Below the pieces are notes generated by a model. It searched no databases. It worked only from the letters and a program-made list of their open reading frames with translations, and was not told the DNA's origin. Below, one piece after another: positions 55,095 through 64,000 of a DNA stretch of 64,000 bases. Both the position numbers and the translations under genes were made by a program. The first letter of the stretch is position 1. Each line of letters opens with the position of its first letter. The DNA is from the human T2T-CHM13v2.0 reference genome, Homo sapiens. The stretch lies in the NCBI RefSeq assembly GCF_009914755.1, contig NC_060939.1. One strand, 5' to 3'.

Positions 55095-56255
55095 GTGAGC
55101 CATTTAAGAGTTTTTGCCCCCCACCTGTATTCTTTTTGTAGCATGCAAGAGGATGGAGTTGGAAGCATTGAAGTGAATGTAATAAGGCATTTTGAAAGAA
55201 TTCTTAGTGTTATCATTTTGGCTGGAAATGTTTCTGTGTATCTTCATGGTAATGTTAAAGTACAGATGTAAATCTGCAAGGAAGGAAAGGTTGAGCTTCT
55301 GCTGGATGGATGTTACTAGGTAAGTATACTCAGGAGAGCAGATGGCTTCCTCCTTCCGTGTAGGGTTTGGAGGCTCTTGAGTGGTTTTTCTTTATTGCAC
55401 TTACCAGTCCCACATTCATCCCTGGCAAGAGGAATAGGAAGACTGTGGGTGATTCAGATCAATCAGTTGGGTTGAAACAAATGCTAGGAAGTCAACCACA
55501 ATAGACTTTGTCCAACCAAGCCAATCAATGCCATTTCCTTGTATTTAGTAGTTTATTTCCTATCTTTTAAGTTACATGTTCTTTTGAGAAAATTTGGGAA
55601 ATATAAACATGTATGAAGAAGAAAATAAAATCACTCATAATCTCACTATTCATCCAGAGCAATTGTTAACATTTTGGAGTATTTTCTTCTTCTCTCTCTC
55701 TCCATTTCTTTTCATTCCATCCTGTGTTCCCCTAGATTGACTGATTCCCCTCTTGACCAAACCACCCAGCTTATATGGAAGAGGAGATGGCCTGCTCTGA
55801 CACTGATGGGCTCACATTACAGACCAGTGGCTTAGAAAGTGCTTGTAAGAGGCAGTGTAGGGGCAGGGAGTCAACCTAGGCCTGTGAGCTCACAGACCTT
55901 GCTTCGAGCTCCAGCTCTGTGTCTGGCCCAGCAAGTCACTTTTGCTCTGTGCAGGCTTCAGTCCTCATGTTGAGATTGTGGGGGTTGGCTGGGCTTTGAT
56001 ACCTAAGGTTAAAAACACAGCTTTGTGAGCCCCATTTTATTTTGTGGGTTTTCAGATAAGATGCAAACTCATGATGTCTTCGCTTTTGTGTGAGTTTTTA
56101 AAAGGAACATTTCTTGTTGAATTTAAAAAATAATAAATGCTTAGCAGAAAATATGAGGAAAAGCCAGCAAAATTAGCACGCATATACATAATGTATATGA
56201 CAGCCACCAACCTTAAACTCCTAGTTATCCCACCTTTCAAACATAATTTTAAAAA

Positions 56256-56557
56256 TTTATTTTATTGTATATTTTCGAGACAGCGTCTCACTCTGTCATC
56301 CAGGCTGGAGTGCAGTGGCACAATCACAGCTCACTGTGGCGACACAATCACAGCTTATTGCAGCTTCTACTTCCCCACCCTCAAGTGATCCTCCTGCCTC
56401 AGCTTCCCAAGCAGCTGGGACTGCAGGTGCGCACCACTACACCCAGATAATTTTTTGTAGAGACCCAGACTGGTCTCAAACTCCTGGACTTAAGTGAACC
56501 TCCCACCTCAGTTTCCCAAAGTTCTGGGATTACAGGTGTAAATCACTGTGCCCGGCC
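56256..56557 (-). mobile_element. AluJ SINE with small internal duplication and deletion
   Basis: Antisense Alu; CACAATCACAGCT repeated; flanked by ACATAATTTT on both sides. Confidence 0.9.
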
Positions 56558-57844
56558 TCCAGACATAATTTTTAACCATTCAGAATATTCAATTCCTGAA
56601 TTTCCTATTAAGAATAGCTCAGACATTTTAATTTTCTTCTATTTTTTTCTCAAGGAAATACATAGACCTTCCTCACTTAAATGCTCCGGAGGTATGGCTC
56701 CTCCCTTAGTAACCTTCTAAACAGAGTCCAGAGTCCCACATTGCCCAAGACAAAGGCAGGAGGAGATGTTGGCTAATCCTGAGCTGTGGATGACATGTAC
56801 CAAAGACATGTGCCAAAGACCTGGAATTACCACCCTCCACTATGATCCGCAACTTAAAACTAACTTTCAGGTCCCTCCTGCCATAGGTGGCTTCAGTTCC
56901 ATCCCTGGCCTGGTCATTGCAGTATTTGCCTTTGGGAGGGACATGCAGCTCAAGATTCCACCCACTCACCACTGGGAGCAGCACAAGAGCCAGCTCAGGG
57001 CCACACATGAAAGCCGTTCTGCCTGCCTAGAATGAAAAGTTGTACTTTTAACCTCATTTTCCCAAAATGTTTGTACTTCATGGCAAGAAAGTAGACTCTA
57101 TTTTTAGAATTCATGTGGGGAAGTCTGGGGGTCTTGACTCTCCCTTCCCCCAAATCTCCACCAATATCCAGTAACCCCTAATAAACATGCTGTCTATTTT
57201 AAAACAATGTGCTTCAAAATTAAGCCTTCCAATACTATGTCCTAAACACTTACATTCTAACCAAACTGCTATCTTTGGGCCCTTCCTAAAACAGAAATTC
57301 TGGAGTGTGCTGGAGAAAACTCCCTTGAGACTTCCTGCCCTATTTGAGGGTTCCTGAGTACTTTCCCCATCCTAGGGATACCAGAAGAAGGGAGGAGACA
57401 GGGACTGTTTGTAAGGTCTTTTGTTGTGTTTTGAAAGTTTTTAAGGTCCTGCTAGCCCTCTGAAAGTAGTACTGTAGAGAAACTTGAACAGCGTTTGTGT
57501 AAACAAGTGTTTTTGGGATCACTTGAACTTTTGTTATATTTACTGCCTTGCGTGTTATTGGTGATTACTGAGGAACTGACTTTCAAATTTATGGGCTCCC
57601 CAGGGTTCATATTTTACTTCCTTCCATTCCAGATATTTGATTGCTCTTTGGCAGTCAGGGCCGATAGAGGGAAAATTAGAGGTTGCTTTTTGGTTTCTTT
57701 GGTCCTCTTAGCCATGAGTCTGTTAAAACACATTCTACTTGTAAAAACATGTGATGGGAAAAGGGCAAAACTTTGCCCAACTGTCATTTGAGGGTGATAG
57801 GTGAATTTCAACAAACCATTTTTTCTTCAGAGTTTATTTGGGTA

Positions 57845-58010
57845 ATTAATATTTATTATGATAGTTACATGTAATTATATATAATTTTATGTAATTAATA
57901 TATATTAGCATATATTTGATATATTCTATATTAATATATGCCTATATATTTTATTATGTATATAAAATATATACATAATAAAATTATATATATATAAATT
58001 ATTTGGATAA
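57845..58010. repeat. AT-rich low-complexity (TA)n-like tract
   Basis: Almost exclusively A/T with degenerate TA repeats. Confidence 0.85.
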
Positions 58011-58045
58011 TTCCTAACTAGTTTCTAACTAGTTGTTGGGGGTGA

Positions 58046-58417
<372 letters not shown>

Positions 58418-58513
58418 GGGGTCCTTCTTTCTTTAGAGTTTCTTAAAAGTTTTAGAAATCTTGTATGAAAATGTTATGGCTTGATCTCTAACTAGTATCT
58501 TTGTGGGCTACAG

Positions 58514-58606
58514 GTGAGAGCCACTTTGGAAAAGGTGAGAAAGCGAATGTATGGAGACTATGATGAGATGAGACAGAAGATTCGACAGCTCACCCAGGAA
58601 CTATCA
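58514..58606 (+). CDS. MYZAP: MYZAP/GCOM1 coding exon 4 (31 aa, VRATLEKVRKRMYGDYDEMRQKIRQLTQELS; coiled-coil-like)
   Basis: CTCTAAC branch-like motif at 58486-58492, CAG acceptor ending 58513; donor TCA|GTAAGT; 93 nt, phase 0/0; ORF 58514..58717. Confidence 0.96.
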
Positions 58607-58769
58607 GTAAGTCATTATCTCAGTTGCTTGGAGATAGGGAGGCATGGCAGGCTCAGAGTGGTCCCTCAGTGGCTAGTGCCTAAAGATATTAGAGTATCTA
58701 GTGTTCTTTATCAATAGAATTACATTTTAAATAAACTGAGAAAATTTTATCACAGAATGAAATTTATTA

Positions 58770-61050
<2,281 letters not shown>

Positions 61051-61256
61051 CTTCTTCTAGTTTAGCCAAGCTAATGCTTGTAGACATTTAAAAAAATTTA
61101 TTATTAATATTCCCAAAGATAAAAGTCCCTGTCTATGTGACGTACCTTCCATAAGAGTTAATATCTGTGGGAAAGAAGGGCAGTTACAACAGTCATGCAT
61201 CAGAGTTCAATTTATGGCTGGGCTGTGAGATTAAGTGCTTAAGTAACACCTAGTAC

Positions 61257-61400
61257 CTTGATTATAGGAGTGGGGCTACGTAAATATATCTCCCTACCCC
61301 ATTTCTTGATTATAGGAGTGGGGCTATGTAAATTTATCTACCTAGCCCCTTCCTTGATTATAGGAATGGGGCTGTATAAACATATCTACCCAGCCCATTC
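61257..61400. repeat. 48-bp minisatellite, 3 copies
   Basis: CTTGATTATAGGA(G/A)TGGGGCT starts at 61257, 61305 and 61353. Confidence 0.93.
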
Positions 61401-61959
61401 CCACTGGCATGTGGGAGGACATTTGTGAAATTCTCACCTGCTTATGGAAAGTCATTCTGCCATGACTGTCAGACACCAATGACTGTCATCAAAGCCAAAG
61501 AATTGGATTTGCAGTAGATGCATAAACAAGACTCTGCTCCTCGCTTTCCATCACCATCTCCTACACACCCTCATTTTCTCATGCTAGAATTGTCCCAGAA
61601 ACCCTGTCTCTCTGCCTACTGGTCTCCTCCTTCTCCAAGTCATCCTACCTACTGCAGCCAGATTAAGATTGCTAAATTATTGCTATTGAAACACACTGCT
61701 GAACACAAAGCTGCCACATGCTCCTGGGCCTGGCTTGCTGCTTCAATTCTGTCTCCACTCCCCAGAGTGCACCTCCTGCTCTGCTGTGCCGGGGCTGCTT
61801 TCTGCTGCTCCCAGAGGCCACATGGGGGGCCTTCCACCCTCAGTCCTAACTGTATCTAGCCTCTTACCAATATCTAGGTCAAGAATGGCTTCTGACTCAG
61901 ACATGTTAAACACACACACCCAACAAAGACAGCAGCAACAACAGCAGCAACAAAACAAC

Positions 61960-62256
61960 TCTTTTTTTTTTTTTTTAAATGAGACGGAGTTTCGCTGTTG
62001 TCACCCAGGCTGGAGTGCAATGGCGCCATCTCAGCTCACTGCAACCTTGGCTCACTGCAACCTCAGCCTCCGGGGTTCAAGCGATTCGCCTGCCTCAGCC
62101 TTCCACGAAGCTGGGATTACAAGCGTGCGTCACCATGCCTGGCTAATTTTTGTATTTTTAGTAGAGATGGAGTTTCACCACGTTGGCCAGGCTGGTCTCG
62201 AACTCTTGACCTCAGGTGATCCGACCGCCTCGGCCTCCCACAGTGCTGGGATTACA
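61960..62256 (-). mobile_element. AluS SINE with internal duplication, missing its extreme 5' end
   Basis: Antisense dimer; GCTCACTGCAACCT repeated at ~62035-62062; ends abruptly at GGGATTACA. Confidence 0.92.
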
Positions 62257-62329
62257 AAAACACTCTTGAGAATTGAGTGAGACCAAAGCATATTCTCTCC
62301 ATGGTGACTACAAAGAACAAGGTGGCTGC

Positions 62330-62500
62330 AGAAGTTATTTCAACTGGGTTCTAGTTCTAGGAGCGCCACTTCTGAGCTGTTTGACAGTGAGCAAATCACA
62401 TAACTTCTCTGATTGTTTTCTTCCTTACAAAGGACAACATTCTGACTCCTGCACAGTGTTGTTGAGAGGGCTAAATGAGGGTCTGTGAGTAAACACTATC
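62330..62500 (+). mobile_element. MIR SINE fragment
   Basis: CTGGGTTCTAGTTC...GCAAATCACATAACTTCTCTG...TTGTTGAGAGGGCTAAATGAG. Confidence 0.65.
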
Positions 62501-62684
62501 CAAAGGAAGGTGATTCTTGCCCTTCTCTTTGGATCATGCAGATGTTGACTTTTAATTTAAAGCTTTACTTTAGATATTGTTGAAGTAGATGTGGCTTCTA
62601 ACAGAAGAAAGTTCCAGCCTAACTGAAGATTGTCGTGAACGTGTAGGGATTGATTTTGTGTGACTGTCTCCTCGATCTGTCCAG

Positions 62685-62798
62685 GTTTCCCATGCTCAGC
62701 AGGAGTATCTGGAGAATCACATCCAAACCCAGTCGTCTGCCCTGGATCGTTTTAATGCCATGAACTCAGCCTTGGCGTCAGATTCCATTGGCCTGCAG
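62685..62798 (+). CDS. MYZAP: MYZAP/GCOM1 coding exon 5 (38 aa, VSHAQQEYLENHIQTQSSALDRFNAMNSALASDSIGLQ); gene continues beyond window
   Basis: CAG acceptor ending 62684; donor CAG|GTACTC; 114 nt, phase 0/0; open and in frame with exon 4. Confidence 0.95.
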
Positions 62799-64000
62799 GT
62801 ACTCATCTGCTTACTGCTATGACAGGGCAACCCAGCTTAATCAAGAGTGGGGACTGTGCCTTTGCAGAAAAATAAGTCACAGAACATCCTTAGCTCATGA
62901 TTCAGAATTCTTTAAGCAGAACCACTGTGAAGACTGTGCCCAGAAGACAGTGTAGGAAACTGAAGGAAGCATTTCCAAGCTGAGACTCTAAGGCTTTGTT
63001 TTTGCTCTCTGAAAAGGAAATTTAGACCCCGAGTTTAGTGTGAGAGATGTTGCTTGCTTCACCAGATACCTGAGTGGTCCTCAGCATCAGTGCCTAACCC
63101 CACACATCAGCCCTCTTCCTCCAGTCCCAGTGCCACAGGAAGTGCCACCTAATCACAGAATAACACAGACTTCACTAAGGACAATCTGTACTCCTTCATG
63201 GCAAGCAATATAAAAAAGGCCTGTAAACACTTTTTTATAATTAGAAATTATTTTGTATCAGAAAGAATCATGGATATTCCACGTCTTGTAGTAGCAGACA
63301 GGGAAACAGAAAGACCCGGTATCTTATATTTGTGAAAATGCATGTTGTTATCTCACTTTGAGGCATTGTTTTCTTGGTTGATTTGGTTTACAGGAGCTAA
63401 CCCTTCAAGTGCTTCCCATTCTTACTCTTACAAGTCCCCTAACATGCAAATTAATTTGAAAATGTTCAAAGCAAAGCATTGTATGTATTTGAAATAGCTT
63501 CCCTTGGTCTTCATTTCCAAATGTATGAACAACAGTTTTTACCTCTCCTCCAAATTTATTTGGCTCTTATCTTTTTATCCTCCTCTCAAAAGTTCCAAAA
63601 CCTATTTCAAATCCTTTCTGGTTCTATATAAGTAATTTTAGATAAATAAATTTTCATGTTGGGATTCTCCACTTCCCCTAATTCTCTGATAACAGTTGGT
63701 ATGGCAGCAGTGACAACAGCAGGGCTCGGCCACTGTCCTGGAGTGGGTCTGGGTGGCCTCGTGTTTGGGGTCATCTGCGATGCCCATTTCTGGTGGGGCT
63801 TCTGAGTCCCACCCTTTTCCTGGCTCTCTTGAGTGTATGCCAGCTTTCCCCTGGCCTCAGGCCAAGCCCCACTGGGTCTGGTTTGCTCAGCAGCCTTTGT
63901 TTTCCCTTCCTCCTGTGGTCGGGGGGGCTTGCCAAGGCTCCCTTTCCTCCCCTTTCGGACGCTGTCTCATTCCCAGCCCACCAGCAAGGGCTTTATCTCA

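Noticed and set aside
61257-61400. CRISPR-like array (regular period, palindromic unit)
   Set aside because: There are no unique spacers, since the whole unit is repeated; eukaryotic intron, no cas genes
61735-62280. 181-aa ORF with a polyQ run
   Set aside because: The Q run comes from a short CAA/CAG low-complexity stretch next to an antisense Alu tail, and the C-terminal half is Alu translation; non-ATG start

Overview
This is primate (human-like) genomic DNA, rich in Alu, L1, MIR, L2, MaLR/ERV LTRs and DNA-transposon fossils. Bases ~1-28.5 kb are repeat-rich intergenic sequence. A CpG-island, GC-box promoter at ~28.6-29.1 kb drives a + strand gene. Five coding exons could be spliced by hand (28869-28943, 41145-41231, 54939-55094, 58514-58606, 62685-62798; all GT-AG, all phase 0). 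They give 175 aa, MLRSTSTVTLLSGGAARTPGAPSRR-ANVCRLRL...-LLDLSNGEP...-VRATLEKV...-VSHAQQEY...DSIGLQ, which I recognise as the N-terminus of MYZAP (myocardial zonula adherens protein; exons shared with the GCOM1 MYZAP-POLR2M readthrough). The gene continues past the window. Nearly all other ORFs in the track are Alu/L1-derived or chance. I found no RNA genes, CRISPR or prokaryote-type system. The most unusual signals are: a non-transposon 42-bp near-perfect inverted repeat enclosing a (CG)n(CA)n Z-DNA tract in intron 1; a recursive-splice-type exon 4; inverted Alus around frame-preserving exons; a MEF2/GATA cluster in intron 1; a T47 tract inside an Alu target-site duplication; a hairpin-unit minisatellite; and a motif dispersed three times upstream. 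Repeat subfamily names come from recalled consensus sequences, and boundaries without TSDs are approximate.
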